A stretch of 64,000 nt of DNA from Candidatus Hermodarchaeota archaeon (GCA_048885865.1 JBHLLF010000002.1:1-64000), one strand, 5' to 3'. Numbered from the stretch's first letter, positions 20,281-29,989 are shown. A program made the numbers and translations. Notes: generated by a model not told the origin, from the sequence alone.

Positions 20281-21261
20281 TTGATGATATTGGCTGAAGA
20301 TGAGATAGTAAATTATCAGAGACAAGGTCCAGTGAACAGAACCTTCGCAATTGTGCTATTCGCCATTATTGTTGTCGCTGCGTTTTTGAAATTCTCAAAT
20401 CCTACTGATGAAGAGATAGGCTACTGGTTGTTCATGATTCTTCCAGTAGGTGTTCTTCTTGTTTCCACCGTATTTGGGGTGCTCTCCAAACGTGCTATCG
20501 ACTATGTTCCGGGAGATTGGAATGAAACAAAGGTCTGGATGAGCTTCACAGATTATGAACAGACGGTCGAGGAATATGAGGATGCATACGGCCATCTTTA
20601 TGGCAATCCTGAGGGATTCACCATCTTCTGTTGTCTGCTCCCAATGGCTTTTGCCTTGGGTCTGCTGTCTGCCTATTTTCTGACTTTGTCGGTGCCCCTT
20701 TTTGATCCCTTGATTGACTCTCTACTACTACTCACTATTCTGTATGTAATTGTTGGAGTGGCAGGATTCGTCAACGGATTTAGAATCCCCGCTATTGATG
20801 CTGAGGAGTTCTTCAAAGCACCAGTGAAGGGAGATGTGTACGACTTCGCTAGCGAACTGCAAGGAGTGAAAGGATACCGAGCAGGGCTCAATGTCAAATT
20901 CGGAGTAAGGTCTGGAGTACAGACAATACTCGATGCTGAAATCAAGACCTACCTCGAGGGACTCCCTGATACTGTTTCAGTGGGGGTGCAAGTATCGCAC
21001 TCAGGCTTTGCCTACCCCTATCTTGTTGGGACTGTGTATAAGGGAAGTCCGGTTTCTGAGGGTAAGGAGCGCTACAACATCGGTACCAGATATCCTGCCA
21101 TGGTTGAAACTTCGATGGATGGCGATGTCTCTGTATTTGTGACAAGATTTGACATCCCCCGAAGGACAAGTGGTGTGCCAAGTATATCGAACCGCGACTT
21201 CAGGAAACTTGCCCTATTATTGGCAGCACAACTCAACGAGAATTACAATGCATCTGGATGA
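20281..21261 (+). CDS. Hypothetical 4-TM membrane protein (paralog 3 of 3)
   Basis: Same layout as its neighbours. Confidence 0.75.
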   Translation: MMILAEDEIVNYQRQGPVNRTFAIVLFAIIVVAAFLKFSNPTDEEIGYWLFMILPVGVLLVSTVFGVLSKRAIDYVPGDWNETKVWMSFTDYEQTVEEYEDAYGHLYGNPEGFTIFCCLLPMAFALGLLSAYFLTLSVPLFDPLIDSLLLLTILYVIVGVAGFVNGFRIPAIDAEEFFKAPVKGDVYDFASELQGVKGYRAGLNVKFGVRSGVQTILDAEIKTYLEGLPDTVSVGVQVSHSGFAYPYLVGTVYKGSPVSEGKERYNIGTRYPAMVETSMDGDVSVFVTRFDIPRRTSGVPSISNRDFRKLALLLAAQLNENYNASG

Positions 21262-21341
21262 CAGATGAACGATGTTATAGGCACCTTTAATTGTGGTTCA
21301 GTTTCGCAGAGACCCATCGCTTCTTGGAGATGAGAAATCGG

Positions 21342-21653
21342 ATGGCGTCATCAAACTGGACAAACAAATGGATAGTTGCACTGATGATTGGAATTGTTCT
21401 CCAAGTCATTACTTACAGCTTCATCGCCTTTGCAAAGCCTGCTGGTTTCATTAGCCATCCCTTCTTCTATGACGTAGCTCTGATTGGCTTCATATCTGTA
21501 GCAATTCAGATTGGTGGCTTTGCTATAATAATGTCAAAGACAAAGGATGCTGATCCATCCATCTACGGACAAGGTAGACCTTTCCGCCACAAACTTCGTG
21601 AAGAGGATGAAGAGCAAGCAACTCGCAAGCCAACATTTGAGGGTCAATCGTAG
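21342..21653 (+). CDS. Small 2-TM membrane protein
   Basis: Two hydrophobic helices and a charged C-terminal tail; start uncertain. Confidence 0.6.
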   Translation: MASSNWTNKWIVALMIGIVLQVITYSFIAFAKPAGFISHPFFYDVALIGFISVAIQIGGFAIIMSKTKDADPSIYGQGRPFRHKLREEDEEQATRKPTFEGQS

Positions 21654-21679
21654 TTTTCCCATTATTGTTGCAGAAACTT

Positions 21680-22552
21680 CTACCATTCAAGAAGTGGTGG
21701 GAATATCCTTGTGGGGTCATGAGGTGGGATGAAGCCTGGTATCCACTGATTCAATAGCGGTAGATATGGAGCTATGGCTATCGTGACTAGCAAGAGCACT
21801 GCGAAGGTCAGCGTGTGAACTGCTGTGACATAAGTGTAGTAGGGGCGAATATAGCTATAGAACGCAAAAGCTGGAATCGACAATGCAGCCATTGCCATAA
21901 TCTCAACTGGACTGAAGAAGAAGGGCAAGCATGCAGGGAATATGAAGTAGAAGACCCATGTTATCTTCTCACTTGACGTTTCATGGTGCCCAATCTTGTG
22001 GATACCATCAATTCCCTGTGATAGGAAGAATACCGGTATGAACATCCACCATTGAAGTCCAACGAAGAACATTGCCCCGGCATAGAAGAATAGGTCGCCA
22101 AAGCTCTCAAATCGTTCCCAGAGGGGATTGCGCGAAAAGTACTCTGTCGCCTCTGTCATGTAATAGCCCAGCATTTGAAATCCAACGAGAAGTGGTAGGA
22201 ATATGAACGATACAAGGATCATAAGCACTGCTGCTCTGGGTAGTACCGATATCTTTCCCTCGTGGTAGTTGTCAAGTGGATAGATCCCATGAAGCGTGAA
22301 TGCTGTCAGGAGGGCTAAAATTCCCGAAGGTATGCCTGGTACGATTAGCTCCAGAGGTTGGCAAAGATAAACCAAAGGACCTATAGCTGATTCCACAGCA
22401 GGAAGGAGATATACATTCGTTGTGAGTGATTCTGGAAGCAAATACCAGACTCCAAAGACGACCAAAAGCTCAGGGATGAGCATCTTGAAACGATAGTCCT
22501 GGATGAATTTCATTAACGCGCCTGGTTCTTTCTTCTCTTCACTCATGGGCAA
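21680..22552 (-). CDS. Hypothetical polytopic membrane protein
   Basis: About 7 hydrophobic segments; no family recognised. Confidence 0.7.
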   Translation of the reverse strand: MPMSEEKKEPGALMKFIQDYRFKMLIPELLVVFGVWYLLPESLTTNVYLLPAVESAIGPLVYLCQPLELIVPGIPSGILALLTAFTLHGIYPLDNYHEGKISVLPRAAVLMILVSFIFLPLLVGFQMLGYYMTEATEYFSRNPLWERFESFGDLFFYAGAMFFVGLQWWMFIPVFFLSQGIDGIHKIGHHETSSEKITWVFYFIFPACLPFFFSPVEIMAMAALSIPAFAFYSYIRPYYTYVTAVHTLTFAVLLLVTIAIAPYLPLLNQWIPGFIPPHDPTRIFPPLLEW

Positions 22553-22648
22553 TTCTCACCGCGTTGAAACGGTGACCGCACCATCCATCACTTAAGCCTA
22601 TCTCATTGGGAAAGCTATGTTGTTATCTGCAACGGCTGTCTATCGCTT

Positions 22649-24367
22649 TCACACGCTTTTTTTCCCTTTTACCTTTCTTCTAACCACTCTGTTGCAGGAT
22701 TGAATTGCTGGGCAGCCAAGACAAGCTTCTGGCACATCAGTGACCGAATGGTCGCCATATAGGAGCACTTGCTCAGCTATTGCTGTGCCTGGAGTTATCT
22801 CAATTGGAGGAGCTTCCTTGCCAGCTATCCTAACATTGCATTTGTGTTCTCCCAAGTCTTCATCCAGCTGGTCCATATCGCCCGTGACGATCATAGCCGT
22901 TGGACCAACCCTTCTGACAGCGTATTTCTTGAAATCATCTAGAAGCAACAGATCCTCCATCTCTCTCTCAGTTTCTGTTTCAAAGAGCATGATATCAGAA
23001 AGTGTGGCAAATGTTGTCTGGGAGGTCCAGTCCTTAATTGATCTCTCTACATTTCTAGGAACTGGCTTACTGCTTTCTTTCTTAAGGAAATCAAGCATTG
23101 TGCTCTCTCTCAGCCCTATCTCAATTGCTTCGAATACTGACTTGTCAGTTATTTTGTATGTGCTTACGATATCGGTCTTGATTGGTTCTGTGAACAACAT
23201 GAGTTGGTATACCTTGTAATAGTCCATTTCAGACGTGAAAGCAGTGACCTCGAAATTGGGAACGACAAAGAATGTTTCATCAGCCTTCTCATCCCCTTCC
23301 ATAGACTCTGCTAGTACTTTTTCTCCAACTGTAGTTAGTTTGACTGCGACCAGATTCTTCCCTCTGTACGCTCCCTCAATAAGTCCAAGACGCAGAGGGG
23401 TTTCCAAGGCTAGCCTGACACGATCATCGTCGACTTGGACCCATTTTAGTGGTTGAGCGTCAATGAAGAGTTCAGAACGAATCCACTCTTTCATCTCCTC
23501 TATTGGTATCCATTCATCTTTGTCACTTTCTCGAAGTCTGCAGATTGCGAGGTTCATAGTATACTCAGTCGGCTGATCTGGAGTCGCCCATATTGCACGA
23601 GTTCGCCCAAGGGAAGACAGAAGAAATCTTCGTGAAACTGTTTCCTGTTTTCCTGAGAACAACGATTCAATCTTGCCAGGAACTACTCTATCTTCCTCCA
23701 CAATGACATACACGCCCGCTTTTCGTGCCATCTTCTGAACCAGTTCAAATCGCTCTTCAGTTGGCTTGGACATAGCTACTCTGATCTGGTCTGCTTCCCT
23801 CTTTGGAAATTCCCACGAGGTTGTCATTCTTACTTCATGTTTTGCAAGGTAGGACGCAAGTAGCAGCATGTCGAGGAGAAGAGTATCACGGTCATCGGTA
23901 ATATCCCGCGCTTTCTTGGGGAGCTCTCTGCTAGGTTTAGGTTTCTTTGAGAACATCTCTGATAGAAAAGGCATAAGATAGTCCAGGATTTTAAACTCCG
24001 CAACTTCTCTTCCAAAATCTGTTAGCCTCGACAATAATCTACGAATGATGATTCCTTTCTTCCTGAGGTCTCTCTCAGTCTGGTTGAGCTGTCCATAGCT
24101 GTAGATCTTTCTGAATGGCTTGAGTCTATCGTAACTCATCGCACCCTTGTTGAGTGCGAGCATCCCAAGAAGGTCCTTTTCTCTGTCTGAGAATGTCCCG
24201 AAGACACGGTTTCTGGTTTCCTTGTCCTTCATCTTTTCGGCAAGCAGTGAAACAAGCTTTGTACCGGAGTCGCTCCCACTGACATCGATGTCCCAATACT
24301 GACATGCGAACATCAAGTCCTCTCTCAGTATATGTTCCAATTCTTTCTGAAGTGATTCCTTGGGCAT
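22649..24367 (-). CDS. XPB-helicase-associated domain protein (Helicase_C_3 / Tfb2-p52-like)
   Basis: FFVVPNFEVTAF...LMLFTE....DIVSTYKITDKSVFEAIEIGL...DFLKKES.KPVPRNVERSIKDW is the XPB-NTD / p52 clutch-type domain. No helicase motifs. Confidence 0.8.
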   Translation of the reverse strand: MPKESLQKELEHILREDLMFACQYWDIDVSGSDSGTKLVSLLAEKMKDKETRNRVFGTFSDREKDLLGMLALNKGAMSYDRLKPFRKIYSYGQLNQTERDLRKKGIIIRRLLSRLTDFGREVAEFKILDYLMPFLSEMFSKKPKPSRELPKKARDITDDRDTLLLDMLLLASYLAKHEVRMTTSWEFPKREADQIRVAMSKPTEERFELVQKMARKAGVYVIVEEDRVVPGKIESLFSGKQETVSRRFLLSSLGRTRAIWATPDQPTEYTMNLAICRLRESDKDEWIPIEEMKEWIRSELFIDAQPLKWVQVDDDRVRLALETPLRLGLIEGAYRGKNLVAVKLTTVGEKVLAESMEGDEKADETFFVVPNFEVTAFTSEMDYYKVYQLMLFTEPIKTDIVSTYKITDKSVFEAIEIGLRESTMLDFLKKESSKPVPRNVERSIKDWTSQTTFATLSDIMLFETETEREMEDLLLLDDFKKYAVRRVGPTAMIVTGDMDQLDEDLGEHKCNVRIAGKEAPPIEITPGTAIAEQVLLYGDHSVTDVPEACLGCPAIQSCNRVVRRKVKGKKSV

Positions 24368-24523
24368 TGTGTTGTTCCCTGACTTACTAGATACTTGTCA
24401 AAGCCTTGTTGCGGCATCCAAGTGCCCTGAGTTTCAATGCATAAGACCATTGTGGTCTTGACCTTCTTTGCAGCTCCCAGTTGAGGGGCAACCTTATTTT
24501 GATATCATCTGACCTGACACTGG

Positions 24524-25645
24524 GTGAATCGATTGGAGCCTCCTCTCTGGAGCGTGAAGTACAGTCCAAAGACGTGGGATGACTTTGCTGGGCAAGATAG
24601 CGCTGTCGCCAAGCTTCGAAATCTAGCAGAAGCAGGTTCATGTCCTAATATGATACTGTACGGACCATATGGAACTGGGAAGACAAGTGCCGCGCAAGTC
24701 TTTGCCAGAGCGTTTCTTGGTGACTCCATCTCTGCAAATTACAAGATGCTGAATATCCGCGATGTTTCCGACTTTTCAGTTGCTAAAGCAAAACGCGACA
24801 TCAAAGACCTAGCTAAACTGGACCGCAGCAAACGTACTGAATTGGATGAGTATATGTCCATTGTATTCAAAGAGGTCAAGGCTGACATGAAGATAAAGGG
24901 CAGGACACGAGATCCAAACAAGTCCCAGCTGCTACAAGGAGCTATCAGCCTATTTGCCTCCACAGTCACGGTTTCTGACGAAATGATCAAAATCCTAGTT
25001 CTTGATGAGGCAGACGCATTGACCAGTAGCATGCAACAAGCACTACGCAGGACTATGGAGATTTACAATAAGGTATGTCGGTTCATCTTCACCACACCTA
25101 CACTTGCTGGTTGGAGCCCCGCTGTGATCTCGCGTTCGCTGGTCATCAATTTCCCGAGTCCCCCTCGAAGTGTGATTGTATCATTAGTAAATAGAATCGC
25201 TGAGTATGAGGGAGTTGAGGTGGATTCAGCTGGTCTAAATGCCATAGCCCATGAGTCCAGCGGTGACATGAGGCGAGCCATTAACTTGCTCCAGATTGCG
25301 TCTGCAGAAGGCAAAACCGTTAACGAAGATGCAGTTTATGCTTGCTCTGAAACCACTCTTTCGAAAGGAGTACGCAATATGATTTCCGCAGCAATTGATG
25401 GTTCATTCGTCATTGCTAGAGAATCTCTCAGGGGACTCTTAGCTCTTGAGGGATACTCGCCAAGTGAGGTAATGCTTCAGGTCGAGAGGGAATTATTGAA
25501 TCGTCCGTTTGAACCTGATATCCTCAAGACTCTATTGGATAGAGTAGCTGAGATAGACTACCGTCTTGTTCAGGCACGAAATCCTTTCATACAACTTACC
25601 GCACTTCTGGCTTCTATTGGAAAAATAGCATCTACCCCTGGTTAG
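24524..25645 (+). CDS. rfcS: Replication factor C small subunit (with ~50-aa insertion)
   Basis: WSVKYSPK, GPYGTGKTS, LDEADALT, QQALRRTME, GDMRRAINLLQ, IQLTALLA. Confidence 0.9.
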   Translation: MNRLEPPLWSVKYSPKTWDDFAGQDSAVAKLRNLAEAGSCPNMILYGPYGTGKTSAAQVFARAFLGDSISANYKMLNIRDVSDFSVAKAKRDIKDLAKLDRSKRTELDEYMSIVFKEVKADMKIKGRTRDPNKSQLLQGAISLFASTVTVSDEMIKILVLDEADALTSSMQQALRRTMEIYNKVCRFIFTTPTLAGWSPAVISRSLVINFPSPPRSVIVSLVNRIAEYEGVEVDSAGLNAIAHESSGDMRRAINLLQIASAEGKTVNEDAVYACSETTLSKGVRNMISAAIDGSFVIARESLRGLLALEGYSPSEVMLQVERELLNRPFEPDILKTLLDRVAEIDYRLVQARNPFIQLTALLASIGKIASTPG

Positions 25646-25935
25646 ACCATAGGCTCAACAGATTCTTTGTATCTGATATTTCTGCTGAATATAGGTGCCT
25701 GATTAGGCGAGAGCTTTTGAAGATCATAAATAAACTCCGCAATAATCTGATTACCATTTCTGGATATCATCTCACTATTCAACGCAGCTGAGAGAAGACG
25801 TCTGATATTGCTCGGTTTTCCATATCTGCACCTGAACGAGAGGAACCTTACAGCTTCGTCTATGGATGTCTGATTGCCTCTAGATCTGAATAGATGCGTC
25901 AGAATGAGCAGGACCTCTCTTCCATTCATGCGCAA
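25642..25935 (-). CDS. Small archaeal hypothetical protein (DUF2240-like)
   Basis: LFRSRG...EAVRFLSF...LLSAALNSEMI resembles DUF2240; stop overlaps the RFC stop. Confidence 0.55.
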   Translation of the reverse strand: MRMNGREVLLILTHLFRSRGNQTSIDEAVRFLSFRCRYGKPSNIRRLLSAALNSEMISRNGNQIIAEFIYDLQKLSPNQAPIFSRNIRYKESVEPMV

Positions 25936-25959
25936 TGCGGCTGCTTAGATACTCTTTAA

Positions 25960-26946
25960 GTGCTTCGTGTCCCAGATATTATCGCGCTGATGACGGATCA
26001 TGAACTCAAATCCTATGGGTATCTTAAGGACAATCTAGAGCTTCTTTTCAGTGATGCTTTGGAGATTCCCAGGATATCAATAGAACGAACTCTAGGTGGT
26101 ATGTCCAATATCAACCTGCTTGCTCATTGCGAACCAGAACACCTAGTTCTACGGATACCATCGCTATTCATCGAGTATCCCTCTAATCATTACGCGCAAG
26201 AGTTTCTTGTATTATATGAAGCAGCTCAAAGGGGATTGAGTCCTCGTCCAATGACATATGGGACTCTTGCTAATAAAAATCAAACCCCCTTCTTGGTTTA
26301 CTATTACGAACCTGGGATAGTTCATTCAGGCCTGAGTTCTATTAGTATTGATGAGTTTCGTAGACTGGAACAAAGTCTAGACCTACTTCAGAATCTTGAT
26401 GTTGCTGGAGCACCAGCCTATTCGTCCGCTGTGGAATACCTATATTATCTTCACTCGCGAGTTGACTCAGTCCTACCCGATTCAGAGATTCAATCAGAAA
26501 GAATGAAACGTGCTAGGTTTTCGGTGGATACGCTTCATGCGTCACTGGAACTCATATTGGATGGTGTGCGTTGGCCTACGGGTGCCATGCACAGTGACCT
26601 TCGCCCAAGTAATATCATCTTTCAAGAAGATCATGTTTTGCTTCTGGATTGGAGTGAGTTCTGCACGGGATTTGCCAACTATGACATAGCGTATTTTCTC
26701 TCCGAGCCAGTAGAGCCGTTCTCATCTGATATACTGGTGAGTTCAGGGTCGAGAGATGTGACTGAAATACCCAAATTACAGAGTCTTGCTTTATTCTCCT
26801 GCATCTCCTGGACATTTGAACGATTGGTTCGTTGTGAACTCGGACAGGTACCTTCTACCCTGTCTAATGATGACATGGTGGAATCTATGGAGACCTACAT
26901 CAGGATGCAGATGGACCAGCTAATTGAGATATTGAACCAACTTTAG
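25960..26946 (+). CDS. Aminoglycoside phosphotransferase / choline kinase-family protein
   Basis: GGMSNIN, LVLRIP, HSDLRPSNI (Brenner motif), LLDWSE, YDIA. Confidence 0.8.
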   Translation: MLRVPDIIALMTDHELKSYGYLKDNLELLFSDALEIPRISIERTLGGMSNINLLAHCEPEHLVLRIPSLFIEYPSNHYAQEFLVLYEAAQRGLSPRPMTYGTLANKNQTPFLVYYYEPGIVHSGLSSISIDEFRRLEQSLDLLQNLDVAGAPAYSSAVEYLYYLHSRVDSVLPDSEIQSERMKRARFSVDTLHASLELILDGVRWPTGAMHSDLRPSNIIFQEDHVLLLDWSEFCTGFANYDIAYFLSEPVEPFSSDILVSSGSRDVTEIPKLQSLALFSCISWTFERLVRCELGQVPSTLSNDDMVESMETYIRMQMDQLIEILNQL

Positions 26947-28646
26947 AAAAAGCTCTCTGGTGCCCTTTCCCAGATATCCTCATCAATTGATGCAATCACA
27001 TATTGATAGCCCTGCTCGGTCAAGAAGAGCTGACGTTTTGCAGCGAAGTCCATATCTCGAGTGTCCTTTGTGATTAGAGAGTAGAACCGTGCAAAGCTAC
27101 CATCCGTCTTTGGTCTTAGAATTCTACCAAGTCGCTGTGCTTCTTCCTGTCTGGACCCAAACGTGCCCGACACCTGAATAGCTACATTGGCATCGGGAAG
27201 GTCGAGTGCGAAGTTTGCGACTTTCGAAACTACGAGGATTTTTTGCTCGCCCTCTCTAAATGCCGTATATAATCTCTGACGTTCTGAGTTGGGAGTCTTA
27301 CCGGTTATTAGAGGTGCCTCTATCTCCTCTGCAATAATCTTGAGCTGGTCAAGATACATCCCGATAATCAGAACATTGTCATCTTCATGATAGGCTGTTA
27401 GTGTTTTGATGAGTTTGTTCTTCTCTGGGTTCTCTGCGGCAATTCTGTACTTCTTTCTGTCTTCAGCGAGGGCATATTTCCTTCTCATTGGGTCCGGCAA
27501 CTCAAGGCGTATCTCATAGCATATAGCTGTGGCAATCCATCCCTGGTCTTCAAGTAGCTTCCAAGGCATGTCATATCGCTTTGGTCCAATCAGACTGAAT
27601 ACATCTTCCTCCCGCCCATCCTCGCGTACAAGAGTGGCGGTTAGTCCGAGACGTCGAGTCGCTTGTATTGTTGCAGTCGCTCTAAATACCGGAGCGGGGA
27701 GAAGGTGGACCTCGTCATATATGATTAGCCCCCAATTCCTCGCCTCGAAGATGCCGAAGTGTTCAAAGGAGTCATCTCGAGATTTCCGCCACGTGAGTAT
27801 CTGATAGGTAGCAACGGTAATAGGACGCACCTCTTTCAGGTCCCCAGTGTACTCACCTATGTCCTGAGGCTTTAGGTCAGTCTTGTCAAGAAGCTCTTGA
27901 ATCCATTGTCGGACTGCAATCACGTTTGGACAGAGTATGAGAGTTGATGTCTGTAGTTTCTCAATGGCGCCCATCCCAACCATTGTCTTGCCCGCTCCAC
28001 AAGGCAATACGACAACTCCCGAGCCTCCCTTGACGCCCCCACCAGCATAGAATGTATCCACGGCGTCGCTCTGGTATCTTCGTAGTCCCCACCTTTTCCC
28101 TTCAAGTGTCACATCCCGCATTCTTAATGCGAGAGCATCTCCTTCCACATAGCCAGCGAGGTCTTCTACTGGATGGCCTAGCTCAAGCAACGCATGCTTC
28201 AGAAATCCCCTTTGACCTTCAATAACTAGAAATGACCTCTCATCGATTCGCTCTTCAAGATACTCCTCAAGTTTTGTCTGGGCACCAATCTCTTCAGCTA
28301 GGTCTTCTTCGGCGCATTCCAAGATGAGATCCGGGCCCTCCATGTACAATGTGATCTGACCATATCTGGACATGTACTCAATGATTTCGCGCTTGATGTT
28401 GTCAGGAATGGGATACTTGGCATATGTTTCCAAGGCATCAATAACTTCTCTAGCAGTCATGCCCATTGCAGCAGAGTTCCAGAGGCTCAACGGAGTAACT
28501 CGGTATGTGTGTACATATTCTGGACTCTTCACTAGCTCAGCGAATCTAGCCAGCGAATCCCGGGCTTCTTCATACTTGGGATTGTCCACTTCAAGAAGGA
28601 CTGACTTGTCTGACTGCACTATCAGCGGATTCATTGGATTGGGCAT
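26943..28646 (-). CDS. xpb: XPB/Rad25 SF2 helicase with N-terminal Helicase_C_3 domain
   Basis: PLIVQSDKSVLLEV N-terminal domain, LPCGAGKT, DEVH, GLTATLVRED (RED motif), QRLGRILRPK. Confidence 0.95.
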   Translation of the reverse strand: MPNPMNPLIVQSDKSVLLEVDNPKYEEARDSLARFAELVKSPEYVHTYRVTPLSLWNSAAMGMTAREVIDALETYAKYPIPDNIKREIIEYMSRYGQITLYMEGPDLILECAEEDLAEEIGAQTKLEEYLEERIDERSFLVIEGQRGFLKHALLELGHPVEDLAGYVEGDALALRMRDVTLEGKRWGLRRYQSDAVDTFYAGGGVKGGSGVVVLPCGAGKTMVGMGAIEKLQTSTLILCPNVIAVRQWIQELLDKTDLKPQDIGEYTGDLKEVRPITVATYQILTWRKSRDDSFEHFGIFEARNWGLIIYDEVHLLPAPVFRATATIQATRRLGLTATLVREDGREEDVFSLIGPKRYDMPWKLLEDQGWIATAICYEIRLELPDPMRRKYALAEDRKKYRIAAENPEKNKLIKTLTAYHEDDNVLIIGMYLDQLKIIAEEIEAPLITGKTPNSERQRLYTAFREGEQKILVVSKVANFALDLPDANVAIQVSGTFGSRQEEAQRLGRILRPKTDGSFARFYSLITKDTRDMDFAAKRQLFLTEQGYQYVIASIDEDIWERAPESFF

Positions 28647-28797
28647 TCGTATTCCTCATACTACATTAGATGGGTTACATTCCTTAACCTGGAATCATAG
28701 ATTCGTGATTTGGAAACCGGAGGACGGCGAGATGACTTTAAGATAAATCCTTCCGTCTGGCATCAAATTTCCTTCGCGTCACGCTGACCACAAATCC

Positions 28798-29142
28798 TTT
28801 ATAGCTAATTTGAAGGGTTGAGCCTGCATGACTCGAAAGGAGGTGCAGTTCCATATGATGGCGATAAGATTGGTTAATGCAGTGGACACTTGCACCCGCG
28901 ATAAGGGTGTCAATTAGAACGACATCCGCTGTTTCTCTGTGCTAGCATTCATTTCACGCATCGTGTATGTACTGCTCATTGATGCGCATTGCGTGGGGCT
29001 GGCTGTCTGCTGATATTGGTTTGATGTGCTTAGAATGTAGGATGCGTACCAGCTCAGTCAATGAGAGTGAAATCAGAAGTTGAAAAATAACACGAAACAA
29101 CGAATGCTGGGCTCACATTTCAGTAGGTGTAAATCGTGAGCC
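28798..29142 (+). promoter_or_regulatory. Putative promoter and long structured 5' leader of the RIO kinase operon
   Basis: TTTATA at 28798-28803, four nested complementary helices across 28942-29110, and a hairpin at 29110-29142 covering the GTG start. Confidence 0.55.
28855..28917 (+). CDS. Putative 20-aa leader peptide (uORF) MMAIRLVNAVDTCTRDKGVN
   Basis: Strong GGAGGTG SD at 28839-28845, 9 nt before ATG 28855, TAG at 28915-28917. In-frame alternative ATG at 28828. Confidence 0.4.
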   Translation: MMAIRLVNAVDTCTRDKGVN

Positions 29143-29972
29143 GAGTCGAAAAGCATAATCCTCTGAAGAGTGGCGTGATCGCTCAGAAGCGTGCTGCACT
29201 GAAGGGAGAAACCTCTGGTAGAATGACAGAGATCAAAGAGCTGACCTTTGACACGGTCCGTGAAGATGCGATACAATTTGGTCTTGCGACTGATGTCATC
29301 TACCAGATTAACGCTGGAAAGGAAGCCTCAATCTTCCTTGCTCAATGGAGAGGACACCATATAATCCTGAAAGCCTACCGGCTGTGGCAATCCTCTCACA
29401 AGATGTCAAAGAAGAAGGGATACATTGCTCAGGGCACAGGCAAGAGGACATACTTCATCCTTGGAATGATGGAGGATTTAGCTGTCATGGAGTACGACTA
29501 TCTCATGAACTGCTTCAAAGCAGGGGTTCACGTTCCCACTCCCATTGGTCGAGTTGGAAACTACCTCACAATGAGATTCATCGGCGATGGGACTCAGCCT
29601 GCGCCTCAACTCAAAGATGTCCATCTTGAGAATCCTGAAAGAGTCCTAGATCAGATACTGGATGACTATCTCCTAATGTATAGCAAAGCCCACTATGTCC
29701 ACGGAGACCTCAGCAAGTACAATATACTCTGGTGGCAAGACCGCCCTTGGATTATCGATGTTCCGCAAGCGGTCATCGTCAACAAGTGGTCTGATATGCT
29801 GAGGATTGAGAAGTTGCTCATGAGGGATATTGAGAATGTTCTAAGTCATTTCGAGAGCTACGACATTCATCGCGATCCAGATCATATCCTCGAAGTCTTC
29901 CTGTCAGAGTATGTTCCTGAGAATTTGAAGAACTACAGAGAACTCAAGTCTGAAGGTATTGAGTTGTTGTAG
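29136..29972 (+). CDS. RIO1-family atypical Ser/Thr kinase
   Basis: GKEASIF, ILKAYR, GVHVPTP, MRFIG, PAPQL, HGDLSKYNIL, IIDVPQA. Confidence 0.92.
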   Translation: MSRVEKHNPLKSGVIAQKRAALKGETSGRMTEIKELTFDTVREDAIQFGLATDVIYQINAGKEASIFLAQWRGHHIILKAYRLWQSSHKMSKKKGYIAQGTGKRTYFILGMMEDLAVMEYDYLMNCFKAGVHVPTPIGRVGNYLTMRFIGDGTQPAPQLKDVHLENPERVLDQILDDYLLMYSKAHYVHGDLSKYNILWWQDRPWIIDVPQAVIVNKWSDMLRIEKLLMRDIENVLSHFESYDIHRDPDHILEVFLSEYVPENLKNYRELKSEGIELL

Positions 29973-29989
29973 GAGTAGGAGGTGGCTGC

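Noticed and set aside
24752-24965. Intein in RFC
   Set aside because: Too short, and lacks the N-terminal Cys/Ser block and C-terminal His-Asn.
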